This document shows, piece by piece, positions 19,557 through 29,859 of a stretch of 64,000 nucleotides of DNA. Position 1 is the first letter of the stretch, and every line of letters starts with the position of its first letter. Under the pieces are notes generated by a model. It saw nothing but the letters and a program-made list of their open reading frames with translations, ran no database searches and was not told the DNA's origin. The position numbers and the translations under genes were made by a program. This DNA is from a virus (lineage: Duplodnaviria; Caudoviricetes), in IMG/VR virus record IMGVR_UViG_3300028591_000079, positions 167,065 to 231,064 of that record; one strand, given 5' to 3'.

Positions 19557-20407
19557 TACACATCAAGATCAAATATATCTTTTATTTCTGTTTCACCAGT
19601 TTCTACATTTTGAACTTTTACCCTTGGTGCTGTTTCTGGATCTTTTTCATCAAACATAACATCAATCACACGATAAACAGGAGCATCAGGATTAACACCA
19701 GCCATAGGATCATCTTCAACGCCCATGTCCATACCTCCACTGATAGAATCAACAGCCCCACCAGCAGGAGAAATATGCAAATCATTATTTTCGGAAGCAA
19801 AATCATCTAAATTGAAATCTCCATTATTATCTTGAGTTGTTGTATTATCTGTGGAAGAAGTATCTGTTGATGTTTTATCGCTAGTTGTATTCATTCCACC
19901 AACCCCAGCAACAGAAGCATCAAAATTATCCAGATTAAAATCGTCTTCTTTGAATAGTCTTTGATTTACAAGTCCACTGATCCATGGATATTTTGAGGAT
20001 TCCATCATTGCTTTTAGTGTTACTTCTGCGGATTCGTTTTTGTTAGAATTATAAAGATTACCTATAATTTGTATCCACGTTTGAGATTCACCAGATACAG
20101 CACCAGTTTGAAGCATTTTATTACACAATTCAACTTTTCCCTTTTTTTGCAAATTAGTAAGTGCATTATAAAATTCTTGAGGAAAAGATTGTGGTTTTTG
20201 TTGAAGTATTTGTGTTAAAGTATCCACATAAGAGTCAATATTTTTATCATTATCAGCTTTTGTTTGTTGTTGATAATTATAATCTCTATTTACTTGTTTT
20301 TGAAAAGCTTTGAATTCTGGAGAGTTTATATCAGGCTGCGTGCCAAATTTTTCTTTCCACCTTGTTATAGCATATTTTACACCAACTTCTGTAAGGATTT
20401 CTGCCAT
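19556..20407 (-). CDS. Hypothetical protein (acidic C-terminus, probable head-associated)
   Basis: 283-aa ORF in the GTTCTA-promoter operon; DDFNLDNF/GDFNLDDF repeat. Confidence 0.55.
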   Translation of the reverse strand: MAEILTEVGVKYAITRWKEKFGTQPDINSPEFKAFQKQVNRDYNYQQQTKADNDKNIDSYVDTLTQILQQKPQSFPQEFYNALTNLQKKGKVELCNKMLQTGAVSGESQTWIQIIGNLYNSNKNESAEVTLKAMMESSKYPWISGLVNQRLFKEDDFNLDNFDASVAGVGGMNTTSDKTSTDTSSTDNTTTQDNNGDFNLDDFASENNDLHISPAGGAVDSISGGMDMGVEDDPMAGVNPDAPVYRVIDVMFDEKDPETAPRVKVQNVETGETEIKDIFDLDV

Positions 20408-20408
20408 T

Positions 20409-20957
20409 TTACCCCTCCAATATTTTCAAAACTTGTTCATCAGTAGATTCGTGTATTTCTACAGCTGGAGGAAGTGGATAATTATGTTCTTTTAGCCAAG
20501 TATGCAATTCCGGTACTGTTTTAAATATTTCTATCATACCATCGTGAGAAAGAAGAATATTACCATTTTGTTGAAAAATATGAGCATCCTTGGATTGCAG
20601 AAAAACATCATTACCCTCATCATTAATCACCCAAGTATTAGACGTTTCTTCTTTATCGGCCTGACTTATTTTTTTCAATAGTTCGTCAAATTCAGAAATA
20701 ACATCGGCAGCGTTTTTGAATTTTTCTACTGCTTGAGCCATCATTTCTTCTTTGGTTTGAGGTTCTTCTTTTTTTTCTACATCAACCCCTATACCATGAA
20801 GTTGTAATTCTTTATCGGTCTTGATGTCTGTTATAAAATTTCCATCATCATCCATAGCTGGGGAAGTTGCTGTAACACCTTCTTCTGATAGTGAAAGTTT
20901 CTTTGTCATTTCAGTAATAGCAGTAAGAAACTTTGATTTTATACGATATTCAACCAT
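20409..20957 (-). CDS. Hypothetical protein
   Basis: 182-aa ORF directly downstream of the GTTCTA motif at 20996-21001. Confidence 0.6.
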   Translation of the reverse strand: MVEYRIKSKFLTAITEMTKKLSLSEEGVTATSPAMDDDGNFITDIKTDKELQLHGIGVDVEKKEEPQTKEEMMAQAVEKFKNAADVISEFDELLKKISQADKEETSNTWVINDEGNDVFLQSKDAHIFQQNGNILLSHDGMIEIFKTVPELHTWLKEHNYPLPPAVEIHESTDEQVLKILEG

Positions 20958-21029
20958 TTTTTGAGATCTCTTTGGTTTTTGTTAATCACACTTTATAGAA
21001 CTCTGCTCGTAAAACAAAATTTGCCCCTA

Positions 21030-21536
21030 TTATCTTTGTATTGTCAGTGTTGCTTCATATTTATCATTTTTTTTGTTTATTTTTACATACGAGATTTTGC
21101 CACTAATTTTTTCTTGAGTATTTATTTTTATCACTTCTAAAGTCGGTAAAGTCATTATTTTTTGTTTATTGAAAATTTTTATATTATTATTTACGTTTTT
21201 TGTTTTATACCATTGTTCTTTATCATCTTTTTTTCTATATTTTGGATATTTCCCGTTTAATTTGAAAAACCTATAATAATCACTATCTAAGTCTCGAATT
21301 GCTTGTTCTAGAGTCGCATTCTCCACATTTTTCAACCAACCCTTTTTAATTTTTAATTTTTTTAATATTTTTTTCTCTTCATCAAACGAAATATTTTTCT
21401 TGTTACGCTTCCAAACTTCGTATCTAGTTTTAACAAAGAAGTTATAAACATACCTAGAGTACTTAATCTCTCTTTCAATGAGGATTTTTTGCTCTTCATC
21501 GGGTTTTAGTTCAATTTTTATCGTTTTGATGTTCAT
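21030..21536 (-). mobile_element. Truncated IS200/IS605 TnpB-like protein (N-terminal HTH/REC/WED only)
   Basis: KTIKIELKP..EQ, SRYVYN, WLKNV....LEQAIRDL...Y.RFF...KYPKYRKK, LPTL..IK, KYEATL; stops before the RuvC GID motif. Confidence 0.75.
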
Positions 21537-21572
21537 TTTCTTCTTCTCTTTTATACATTGAATATATCGCAA

Positions 21573-21865
21573 ATAAACGATAAAGTCAAGATAAAAACCA
21601 AAGAATAATTTTTGTTATATAGTAAGTAATATATACAATAATTAATTTATTTTTTTTAAATTATTATTATGTTCTTAATTTCTTTAATTACGTATTAAGT
21701 ACATAATTTGTATATTGTATTTAATATCTTACAAATAAAAATATTAATTTATCTAAAATTAATAACCTAGTAATAAATATTATATAAACGCGCGCACGCG
21801 TCTTAATATGTATTTAAATATTAAAGGATTTTGAAAAATATTCTTTTTCTTGATGATTAAGTGTA
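21573..21865. other. Extremely AT-rich non-coding region with an embedded ACGCGCGCACGCGT island
   Basis: About 290 bp with no ORF between divergent genes. Confidence 0.6.
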
Positions 21866-21877
21866 GTTCTAAAAGAT

Positions 21878-22369
21878 ATGATGAGCAAAACCGAATATCT
21901 TGTTATTTATTATATTGGTTATTCTTGGAACAAAGAAGAAATAATGAAAGCTCTTGGTATTGACAAAGAAGAGCTTGAACGTATATTGAAAAAATACAAT
22001 CTCAAAATATCAAAAAATGGTATAAAAAGAGCGGCTAGAGGTAAAAGGATAGAATACACCAAAAAAAATATAATAATCAGACATGATAAAAAAACCAATG
22101 ACTGCCCATTTATTTGTGTGACTGTTCATAAACAACTAAAAACAGCAAAAAAGACGGTATATTCATTATCAATCAAAGATAACGGTAAAAAACTAAGAAA
22201 ACGATCTACAAAATTGATAAAAATTCTAAAATGTCGTAATAATTTTCTAAAAGAGAACAACCAAGACAAACTAAAACAAATTAGAAAAGCTGAAATAAAA
22301 TGGTTCTTGCGACATCCTTTTACAAAATTTACTTTTCCTTGGTTAGTTCAGTTGATTTCCAAACATTAA
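21878..22369 (+). CDS. Basic hypothetical protein with an N-terminal HTH-like segment
   Basis: GYSWNKEEIMKALGIDKEELERIL; ATG is 12 nt after GTTCTA. Confidence 0.55.
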   Translation: MMSKTEYLVIYYIGYSWNKEEIMKALGIDKEELERILKKYNLKISKNGIKRAARGKRIEYTKKNIIIRHDKKTNDCPFICVTVHKQLKTAKKTVYSLSIKDNGKKLRKRSTKLIKILKCRNNFLKENNQDKLKQIRKAEIKWFLRHPFTKFTFPWLVQLISKH

Positions 22370-22439
22370 ACTTGTAAAAAACATTAAAAACGCTATAATA
22401 AACTCAATAACCAAATCAAAGCATATAGGAGAGATTGGT

Positions 22440-22820
22440 ATGAGTGTATTTAAAATTCGTATGGCGACAGAGACAAGTAATGATACATACTATAGAAGAC
22501 TCAATATACCCAGAGAATCTTATGTGGATGTTGATGTAATAAATAGAGTTGTTTTAAGACATGGTAGTACAAAAAGAAGAAATATTTTACCGGCAAATGA
22601 TAAAAACTATATAGAAGAAAAAAAGAATTTGATTTCTGGATTAGTTTTTGATAGTCGTAAAGATGCAGAAAAGTTTATGAGAAAGAAAAAAAGCACATTA
22701 GAACGATTGGCAAAACAGAATCCAATTTATAAACAGTATGAAATTTTTGCAATACAACAGCGTTTTATGCCAGATGAAAACAAACTAAAACACTGGGATC
22801 CAAATAAAGAAGATTTTTAA
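22440..22820 (+). CDS. Hypothetical protein
   Basis: 126-aa ORF with AGGAG SD, downstream of promoter 22372-22399. Confidence 0.6.
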   Translation: MSVFKIRMATETSNDTYYRRLNIPRESYVDVDVINRVVLRHGSTKRRNILPANDKNYIEEKKNLISGLVFDSRKDAEKFMRKKKSTLERLAKQNPIYKQYEIFAIQQRFMPDENKLKHWDPNKEDF

Positions 22821-22872
22821 TTTCCATTATTTTATTTTGATGGTAATATTCTGGTGTAAAAAGAGGTAAAAA

Positions 22873-23226
22873 ATGACAAACAAAGAAAAATATGAAATGA
22901 TAAAACACTTTGCTGATAACAATGATGTAATAGGTGTTTTAGGTTCTTTTTTGGTGGATGATGCGTATAAGGATATCGATTTTGTCAGATTTTTGAAAGA
23001 TTCGGATCCTAAGTTGTTTTTCAATATTCACCCAATGATTATGGCAGATCTAGAAAAACATCAAAAAGTTATGGAATCTTGTGTTTATATTTTAGAAAAA
23101 ACAAAAGTGTCAAACAAAGTAAAAGAACAATTAGTAGTGGTATCAACAGGAATAGCAGAAAGATGTAAGGCCATAGTTGGTGCCGCAAAAGAATTATGTG
23201 ATATTTTTGATAAGGCTTGCAAATAA
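22873..23226 (+). CDS. Hypothetical protein
   Basis: 117-aa ORF with GAGGT SD. Confidence 0.6.
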   Translation: MTNKEKYEMIKHFADNNDVIGVLGSFLVDDAYKDIDFVRFLKDSDPKLFFNIHPMIMADLEKHQKVMESCVYILEKTKVSNKVKEQLVVVSTGIAERCKAIVGAAKELCDIFDKACK

Positions 23227-23237
23227 AGGAGAAGGAA

Positions 23238-24146
23238 ATGAGCATTAATCCATTCAAAAGAAAAAACACACCAAAACAAGATCCGGCAGAAATTGAAGGA
23301 ACAACAGAATATCATATTCGCGTTATTAGTAATTCAAAAATGTTTCCAGATGAATTGATTAAACAAATAGGAGAAGAATTGGGACTGAAGACTGTTACCA
23401 GGGATCCTAAAGAAAATAAAAATGAAACAAAAAAGGCAAAGAAAGAAAAAATAAAATTCAACTTTGATATGGTTTCTACTTCTACTGATTTGAAGATGTT
23501 GACTGAAAAACTAAAAAAGTCAAAAGTAAAAGCTTATAGTCTGTTGCTGTATGGAGAACCAGGTTGTGGAAAAACTTTTTATGGTAATTATTTGGCTCAA
23601 GAATTAGGTATGAATGTTATCAAGAAAAAAGCAAGTGATATGTTGAGTCGTTATGTTGGAGAAAGTGAAAAACAAATTGCGGCAGCTTTTCAAGAAGCGG
23701 TAGATAACAATGCAATACTTATTTTAGATGAGTGTGATTCTATGTTGACTGATCGTAGTAAGGCAAAGCAAGATTTTCAGGTTTCAAGTGTAAATACTAT
23801 GCTAACTTGTATGGAATCTCACCCGTTGCCTTTTATTTGCTCTACCAACTTGAAACAATGGTTAGACAAAGCTTCTATGAGACGTTTTGTGTTCAAGATC
23901 AAATATGATGAGATGAATCATAAAAATATTCAAGCTGGGATTAATGAATATTTTGGTAAAAAGTTCAAAATTACAGAGGAAGACACCAAACTTTTGAAAC
24001 ATATAACAGCTGGCGATTTTCCAATTGTGAAGAAAAAATTAGACATATTGGAAGATGGTAAATATACAAAAGAAAATATTTTACAGCAGTTATTTGAAGA
24101 GCAGAAAGAAAAAGAAATAAACGATATTGGAAAAGTAGGATTCTAA
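23238..24146 (+). CDS. AAA+ ATPase
   Basis: LYGEPGCGKT, SRYVGESEK, ILILDECD, STN, DKASMRRF. Confidence 0.9.
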   Translation: MSINPFKRKNTPKQDPAEIEGTTEYHIRVISNSKMFPDELIKQIGEELGLKTVTRDPKENKNETKKAKKEKIKFNFDMVSTSTDLKMLTEKLKKSKVKAYSLLLYGEPGCGKTFYGNYLAQELGMNVIKKKASDMLSRYVGESEKQIAAAFQEAVDNNAILILDECDSMLTDRSKAKQDFQVSSVNTMLTCMESHPLPFICSTNLKQWLDKASMRRFVFKIKYDEMNHKNIQAGINEYFGKKFKITEEDTKLLKHITAGDFPIVKKKLDILEDGKYTKENILQQLFEEQKEKEINDIGKVGF

Positions 24147-24539
24147 ATGTTTGATAATAGAAAGTTTGAAAAAATAAACAGAAACCTAAGTAGAATCATG
24201 GAAACGGATCTTGATAATATTGCTTTTGCTTTTGTTGATGGCGAAAATAGTATGGAGATCCCTGATATGTATGAATTTTGCAAATGGTGGGTAAAAAAAT
24301 ATCCTGATAAATTTGCATATCTAAAAGGTAGTTTATATAGGTTTAGAGAAGATAGAGCTAAGTTATTCCATTCTATAGATGTTATACTTAGAAAATATGC
24401 AGACAGTAAGAGGGCTAATCCGTTTGTTATCTTTCAGCTTCAAATGTTAACAAATAACTGTATAGACCAAACGAATTCTACATGTTCATTGGTTCAAACT
24501 ATAGTAAAAATGTGCGAAAAAATATTAAAAGGGGAATAA
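24147..24539 (+). CDS. Hypothetical protein
   Basis: 130-aa ORF in operon. Confidence 0.55.
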   Translation: MFDNRKFEKINRNLSRIMETDLDNIAFAFVDGENSMEIPDMYEFCKWWVKKYPDKFAYLKGSLYRFREDRAKLFHSIDVILRKYADSKRANPFVIFQLQMLTNNCIDQTNSTCSLVQTIVKMCEKILKGE

Positions 24540-24541
24540 AA

Positions 24542-24886
24542 ATGTATTTAGAAGTGACAATGAAAGATTTGAAAAATAAAAGTGTATTTGAATATATTGC
24601 AACATCTATAGAAAAGAAATTCCCAGATAGTAAAGATGATGCAAATAAAATAAGAAATGCAATGACAAATGAAGAAGTTGCAGAAATTTTTGGGGATTAT
24701 TATGAAGGATGGAAATATGATAATGTAATTTTTTCTTTTGGAGATATTGATACTATTATTTATTGGATGGATCAAGAAGTACAATTACAAAAGAAAGCAT
24801 TGGAATATAAGAAATGGCTAAATTGGTTGGCTGATAGAGGATTGAGCCCAAACAAAGTAAAACAAATCAATAAAAAAAGCTCCTAA
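24542..24886 (+). CDS. Hypothetical protein
   Basis: Start moved to ATG 24542, which follows AGGGG SD. Confidence 0.55.
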   Translation: MYLEVTMKDLKNKSVFEYIATSIEKKFPDSKDDANKIRNAMTNEEVAEIFGDYYEGWKYDNVIFSFGDIDTIIYWMDQEVQLQKKALEYKKWLNWLADRGLSPNKVKQINKKSS

Positions 24887-24889
24887 TAT

Positions 24890-25063
24890 TTATCTGGAGC
24901 TTCTTTTTTTACTGTAGTATTCTTGTATTATTTCTTTTGCTTTGTTGTATATTCCTAATTCTACATCATCCATCAGTTCTATTTCTTCTGGTCTAGTTTC
25001 TTTTATTACTCTTTTTGCTGCATTTAGTATATCTTTTTTATTTACGCGTTCTGTATTTGTCAT
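24890..25063 (-). CDS. Small hypothetical protein (57 aa, not in the ORF track)
   Basis: MTNTERVNKKDILNAAKRVIKETRPEEIELMDD...; fills the gap and overlaps the upstream stop. Confidence 0.4.
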   Translation of the reverse strand: MTNTERVNKKDILNAAKRVIKETRPEEIELMDDVELGIYNKAKEIIQEYYSKKRSSR

Positions 25064-26117
25064 ATTCACCAGCCTTTTTTACTCTAAATCCTTCATGTGT
25101 TTTTATTGCATTAATTAGATTTGTTTTTTCCGTTGAAGTGAATTGATTTATAGGTTTATCTAGTGGAATACAAAACTTTCTCATTGTTCTAAAGTAGTCA
25201 TTTAAATTGTTTTCATGAGATGGTGCAAATTTTGGAAGTAATTGATTGACGGTCATTGTTGGATTATTACCAGTGAACCACCAATTTTCCAATGCTTTTT
25301 GTCCTGTTTTATCGTCTGGAAATATTGCGTACTTATTACCTCTCCCTTGTTGATAGTAATTTATTGCACCGATCTTTTTAGCACTATCCATATCATTTAC
25401 TACCATGTTCCCAGGATTGTGTGCTCTGCTTGATAAATTACCTAACCCAAGACTATAAATCACATCTCCATTTTTGTCTTTATAATCTATTCTTTGATTT
25501 CTCCAATGTGGTTCTGCTGATACTATACCTTTTGAATTGTTGTAGACTTCATTTGGTGTTGGTTCATCTATATATTCCGGGGCCACACATTGATCTTTTA
25601 CTTTATCATCTGCCATTTTATTTAATCCAACATTTGCCACATCAACAATGCTTGGTTCATTAAAAGCTCTATCGTGATTTATCATATTATAGCTGTTTCC
25701 TAATCCAGCCAAAGTAGCAAGAGCCAAAGCAGCATTTCTGAATTTACCATTGGCTTCACATATTGTATTATCTGGATCTTCTCCTGGTTCAATCATGGAT
25801 AATACATCGCTATATTTGATTGGAGTAAGAGTTATGCCATTTGTAAATTGAATACACCAAGAGTCTCCATTGGAATGATCTGAGTGCTCGTTTCCATTTA
25901 TAAACTCAATTTCCCCTCTTTCTTCTGCTTCTACAACGTCATCTAATTTATAAAGTCTTACCATTGCATTTTTTTCGGCACTATCATAAACCTGAATAAA
26001 TTTTACACCGCTACCGTAAGTTTGTAAAATAAGATCAGCAAAACTAGAAACATCATAAAGTCTTTGTTCTACAATTTTTTGACATTCTGAAATAAGTCTT
26101 GGATCATCTAGTCTCAT
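25038..26117 (-). CDS. Virion-associated protein with a C-terminal lysozyme-like (muramidase) domain
   Basis: RAHNPGN, YAIFPD...G..AL, TVNQLL.KFAPSHENN...Y, LINAIKTHEG. Confidence 0.6.
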   Translation of the reverse strand: MRLDDPRLISECQKIVEQRLYDVSSFADLILQTYGSGVKFIQVYDSAEKNAMVRLYKLDDVVEAEERGEIEFINGNEHSDHSNGDSWCIQFTNGITLTPIKYSDVLSMIEPGEDPDNTICEANGKFRNAALALATLAGLGNSYNMINHDRAFNEPSIVDVANVGLNKMADDKVKDQCVAPEYIDEPTPNEVYNNSKGIVSAEPHWRNQRIDYKDKNGDVIYSLGLGNLSSRAHNPGNMVVNDMDSAKKIGAINYYQQGRGNKYAIFPDDKTGQKALENWWFTGNNPTMTVNQLLPKFAPSHENNLNDYFRTMRKFCIPLDKPINQFTSTEKTNLINAIKTHEGFRVKKAGEYDKYRTRK

Positions 26118-26118
26118 T

Positions 26119-27246
26119 TTATAGTCCCATTTGGTTTTCTAATAGTTTTTGATAATCTTCTAAATAGTTTTGCTTAAATTCTTCTTCTGATGTGTAGATT
26201 CCAATACCATCCAATAAGGCTGCATTGTATTCCAAATCTTGTGGTGTTGTTGAGTTTTTTCTTAGTAATGGAGTGGCGACACAGTAAACGTTTGTCTTTT
26301 TCTTTTCTGTGTATAACATTTTTTCTATAATCTTTGAAAATGCATAAAGTGTATTATCTTTATCAACATCGTTCCCTACAAGCTCTTGTCCTAAATTGAG
26401 TATAAGATTTTCAGTAACAACATTTATATCTTTTCCATTTAAATCAAAAGCATAAGTATAATTTCTACCGTAAACTTCATACCAAATCAAAGATATTTTA
26501 TAATTATCAATATCGTCATTTTCTATTGCTTCGTTTTTATTCTGATACATGTGAATATCAAAAGCATAATTAGAATCAAAACTTGGCTTGTCGTAATATA
26601 TGTTTTTTTCTTTTGCCATTATATCACTATTTTTTGCCATACCTAATACACTATAATCGTTGATAAGATATGTTTGAGGTACTGTAATCAAGCAAGGAAC
26701 GTTTAATTCTCTTTTAAATCTTTCTCGCACCATCTTTTTAAAGTTTTCTATTTCTGATGGGGCTGTTTTCATCTTTGATTTAGAGTTTACTTTTTGAGCA
26801 TATTTTTCTTTCCAATACTCTAAAAATTGTTCATAGGCTTTACCGCCATTTCTTCCATTGGATATAAATACAAAATTATTTTCTTCTGGATTTAATGAGT
26901 CATATATTGTTGTTTTATAGAATTGATGGTTTTTATAGACTTCAGGTTCAAACATACCAGCATTTCTTATACTATCTTGGGCTTTTTGTATTTTTTGCTG
27001 TAAATCTTCTGGTTCTTTGTTTTGATTATCATTGTTGGAGTTTTTATCATCAGATTGTTTTTGTTTTTCTGCTGCTTTTTTTGCTTTTTTTTGTAAATAT
27101 TTCCCTCTCCCCCATTTATAAAGCCTATTAGCACCTAACCCTAATAAAGCACCAAAAGGACCACCCAATGCTGCACCAATACCAATAGACCCCAAGTCGC
27201 CTCTCGTGTAATCTTTTTCTAATAATATACCTGAATCTTTTTCCAT
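26119..27246 (-). CDS. Hypothetical protein with an N-terminal glycine zipper
   Basis: GSIGIGAALGGPFGALLGLG follows ILLE. Confidence 0.55.
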   Translation of the reverse strand: MEKDSGILLEKDYTRGDLGSIGIGAALGGPFGALLGLGANRLYKWGRGKYLQKKAKKAAEKQKQSDDKNSNNDNQNKEPEDLQQKIQKAQDSIRNAGMFEPEVYKNHQFYKTTIYDSLNPEENNFVFISNGRNGGKAYEQFLEYWKEKYAQKVNSKSKMKTAPSEIENFKKMVRERFKRELNVPCLITVPQTYLINDYSVLGMAKNSDIMAKEKNIYYDKPSFDSNYAFDIHMYQNKNEAIENDDIDNYKISLIWYEVYGRNYTYAFDLNGKDINVVTENLILNLGQELVGNDVDKDNTLYAFSKIIEKMLYTEKKKTNVYCVATPLLRKNSTTPQDLEYNAALLDGIGIYTSEEEFKQNYLEDYQKLLENQMGL

Positions 27247-27247
27247 A

Positions 27248-27988
27248 TTATGACCACTGAGCTAAGTGAGAATGAACAACGTCTTTTATTGAGTCTATTT
27301 TTGTTTTTAAAGCATCTCTTCTTTTCCCCATATTTTCTGTTGATATTTGAAAATCTGGTTCTAAAACTACTGAAGATCTCATTGTAATAATAGAGTCTAA
27401 GAAATAATATTCACAAAAATCACACACCCACTCTTCTCTTGATGGTGATATATAATTCGGATCATCAAAACCTAATCCAATGTCGAAAATAATTTGTCCA
27501 ATTCCAAAAGGTGCTAATACATGAATTTTTTCTGAGGCCATATCTATATCAAACTGCATCTGTCCATGAGAAAGGTCTTCATAGGTTTCATATGTCAATT
27601 GGGTTACTGGATCGAAATTATTAGCCGAAAGATTGACTCCAAGTAATTGACGATCAAACATATTTGGGTTTGAACGCATATTCCATGAAGGCAAATTGCC
27701 TCTTGTAACTCCAAGAATATAGGCGTGTTTTCTTTGTTCTTCGTCTATTGTTGGTTGTCCGGATTGCCATATTTCATCGAATGTAATTGTTGTGGTTGTT
27801 TGTTGCGTTCCATATGTTTTTGGTAGACGCACACGAAACGGCCAATAACGCCAATATTCACGACAACCCATGCGAATTGCTGTATCTTTGATGCCTTGTT
27901 CGGCAACAGAAATTAGATATCCGGGGTTGGCTGTTGTAAGAAACAATCTATCTTCAATTGCTTGAGCCATAAAGTTTTTATTAGCCAT
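27248..27988 (-). CDS. Putative neck / head-tail adaptor protein (T4 gp13-like)
   Basis: AIRMGCREYWRYWP at the N-terminus and the C-terminal helix GKRRDALKTKI match adaptor architecture; GTTCTA promoter upstream. Confidence 0.45.
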   Translation of the reverse strand: MANKNFMAQAIEDRLFLTTANPGYLISVAEQGIKDTAIRMGCREYWRYWPFRVRLPKTYGTQQTTTTITFDEIWQSGQPTIDEEQRKHAYILGVTRGNLPSWNMRSNPNMFDRQLLGVNLSANNFDPVTQLTYETYEDLSHGQMQFDIDMASEKIHVLAPFGIGQIIFDIGLGFDDPNYISPSREEWVCDFCEYYFLDSIITMRSSVVLEPDFQISTENMGKRRDALKTKIDSIKDVVHSHLAQWS

Positions 27989-28065
27989 ATGATAAAGTCC
28001 TATTTTATTTACTTTTTATAGAACTTTTTTACCATATTATAAAGTTTGTAGAAAAAGTTTTAGAT

Positions 28066-28503
28066 TTATTTCTTTCCAGCTAATCCTTCACTAACTGTTT
28101 TTGCTGCCATAAGGACCACAAGCATCCACAATAATGGTTTAATTATGTGTTTCCATAAGAAGAATAAGATTTTACCAATATGATACAGTGTTTTTGATAG
28201 TGCTATAATAAAGAAAAATAGAAACATAGTCAAAATTTTCCAACAATTAGAGTCCACCCATATATTCCAATTTTCTACCCATTGATATTGAGAAACTTTT
28301 CTTGAATATGGTTTATTATCTTTGTAGCAAATGTTATGAATTAGTCTCGGAATCTGGCAAATACGATTGAAAGATGCTCTAATTATTGTCAAAAAGAAAA
28401 AAATAGAATAAGCCCACATGAAAAACACATTGCGAGCCCAAATTCTCTTGATGGTTTGTTCAAGTTTTTCTGAATTATCTATTATTTCTATGTTTTTTTT
28501 CAT
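28066..28503 (-). CDS. Membrane protein
   Basis: Three hydrophobic segments. Confidence 0.55.
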   Translation of the reverse strand: MKKNIEIIDNSEKLEQTIKRIWARNVFFMWAYSIFFFLTIIRASFNRICQIPRLIHNICYKDNKPYSRKVSQYQWVENWNIWVDSNCWKILTMFLFFFIIALSKTLYHIGKILFFLWKHIIKPLLWMLVVLMAAKTVSEGLAGKK

Positions 28504-28595
28504 AATTTTACCTTTTATTTGGTTTAATCATAACAATAAATATAAAAAAACAAAATTAAAAATAAACATGTAAGTTTTTTGATGTTCTAATATAT

Positions 28596-28898
28596 ATGGA
28601 AAAGACTTGTTTATATATTATTAGCAATGGAGAAGGTGCTATAAAAGTTGGGGTAAGTAAAAACCCGACCAAAAGAGTAAAGCAACTTCAAACTGGCAAT
28701 GAAAACAAATTAGAATTATTGTTTTTTGAAGAATTTGAATGTCCAAGAGAGAAAGTTTTCAAAGTAGAACATATGGTGCATAGAGAATTGAGAAGAATGT
28801 GCAAAAAGAAAGAGGGAGAGTGGTTTTATTTAGATGATTTAAGTCTTGATAAGGTAAAAAATACTATAATTTGGCATAGAATAAGATATGATAACTAA
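28596..28898 (+). CDS. GIY-YIG superfamily (T5orf172/MUG113-like) protein
   Basis: LYII...IKVGVSKNP.KRVKQLQTGN...E..VH..L......GEWF. Confidence 0.85.
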   Translation: MEKTCLYIISNGEGAIKVGVSKNPTKRVKQLQTGNENKLELLFFEEFECPREKVFKVEHMVHRELRRMCKKKEGEWFYLDDLSLDKVKNTIIWHRIRYDN

Positions 28899-28932
28899 AA
28901 ACCCCTAGAAAAATCGCAAACTAGGGGTTCTT
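28897..28932. terminator. Bidirectional intrinsic terminator
   Basis: AAAAACCCCTAG...CTAGGGGTTCTT between convergent genes. Confidence 0.7.
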
Positions 28933-28952
28933 ATATATCATCCAAAATAATT

Positions 28953-29345
28953 TTACCGATTTTGGGCGGCAGCGATTTTCAATTTCAATTCATTATCTTC
29001 TGATTGATCTTGTGTATATGCATCTAAAGCTTTTTGTAGCATTTGCATTTTATATTGGGTTGCATTTAGACGAGATTGCCAGCTATTAATTTTTGCCATA
29101 CCATTTACAGAGCCAATTTGACCAGCTTTTATTGATTTTTGTTCATTTTCGATGGCTGATTTTATATCTTCTATTGTTGTTTGCATATTAGATATTTTTT
29201 TAGCAATCATATCAGTAAAGCTTGGTTCTGGATCTGATTCTGGGGCTTCTGGATTTGGATTTTCTACTGGTCTTGCATGTCTAGCTTCATCATATTCAAA
29301 ACCTTCAAAAATCCGTTGCAATTCTTCTTTTATAGTTTTTGCCAT
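28953..29345 (-). CDS. Hypothetical coiled-coil protein
   Basis: 130-aa ORF; GTTCTA motif at 29379-29384. Confidence 0.55.
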   Translation of the reverse strand: MAKTIKEELQRIFEGFEYDEARHARPVENPNPEAPESDPEPSFTDMIAKKISNMQTTIEDIKSAIENEQKSIKAGQIGSVNGMAKINSWQSRLNATQYKMQMLQKALDAYTQDQSEDNELKLKIAAAQNR

Positions 29346-29430
29346 TTTATTTAGCCTTTTTTAGATAATGATGTTTTATAGAACTAATATGATAATTAAA
29401 TTTGTTTTTTATTAAACTTTGTGATATAAT

Positions 29431-29853
29431 ATGTTTGTAAAGAGGATAAACATGAGAAAAGAAAAATTTTTATATTGGAATTATTATGTACCAGAAAATA
29501 ATCAGAAAGTGCCTATAATCTTGGGTTTTTTTGATATTGGAGACTACAAAGATAAGTATATTTTTATGCATATAAGTAGTAGATTTTCAATTAATGTTCA
29601 GAATGATGAAAAATTACAAGAGCTAGAAAATTATGTATATCCGATTTCAAAAACAGAAGAAGATATGATATTAGATGAGATGGGAGATAATGGAAAACGA
29701 CAATATATTGAAAGATTGAGAGAATTGAAACTTGATGATGATTATAAACTTTATTCTTTTTCTATTACACCTGAATCTACTTATCTCCTTACAAAATTTT
29801 TAGAAGAAACCTTAGAAAGACCAATCAAAATATCATTAGGAAACTTGGAGTAA
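29431..29853 (+). CDS. Hypothetical protein
   Basis: 140-aa ORF (true start probably 29452, after GAGG). Confidence 0.55.
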   Translation: MFVKRINMRKEKFLYWNYYVPENNQKVPIILGFFDIGDYKDKYIFMHISSRFSINVQNDEKLQELENYVYPISKTEEDMILDEMGDNGKRQYIERLRELKLDDDYKLYSFSITPESTYLLTKFLEETLERPIKISLGNLE

Positions 29854-29859
29854 AAACAA

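Noticed and set aside
22361-22390. CtrA box (TTAA-N7-TTAA)
   Set aside because: The two TTAA half-sites are 14 nt apart, not 7.
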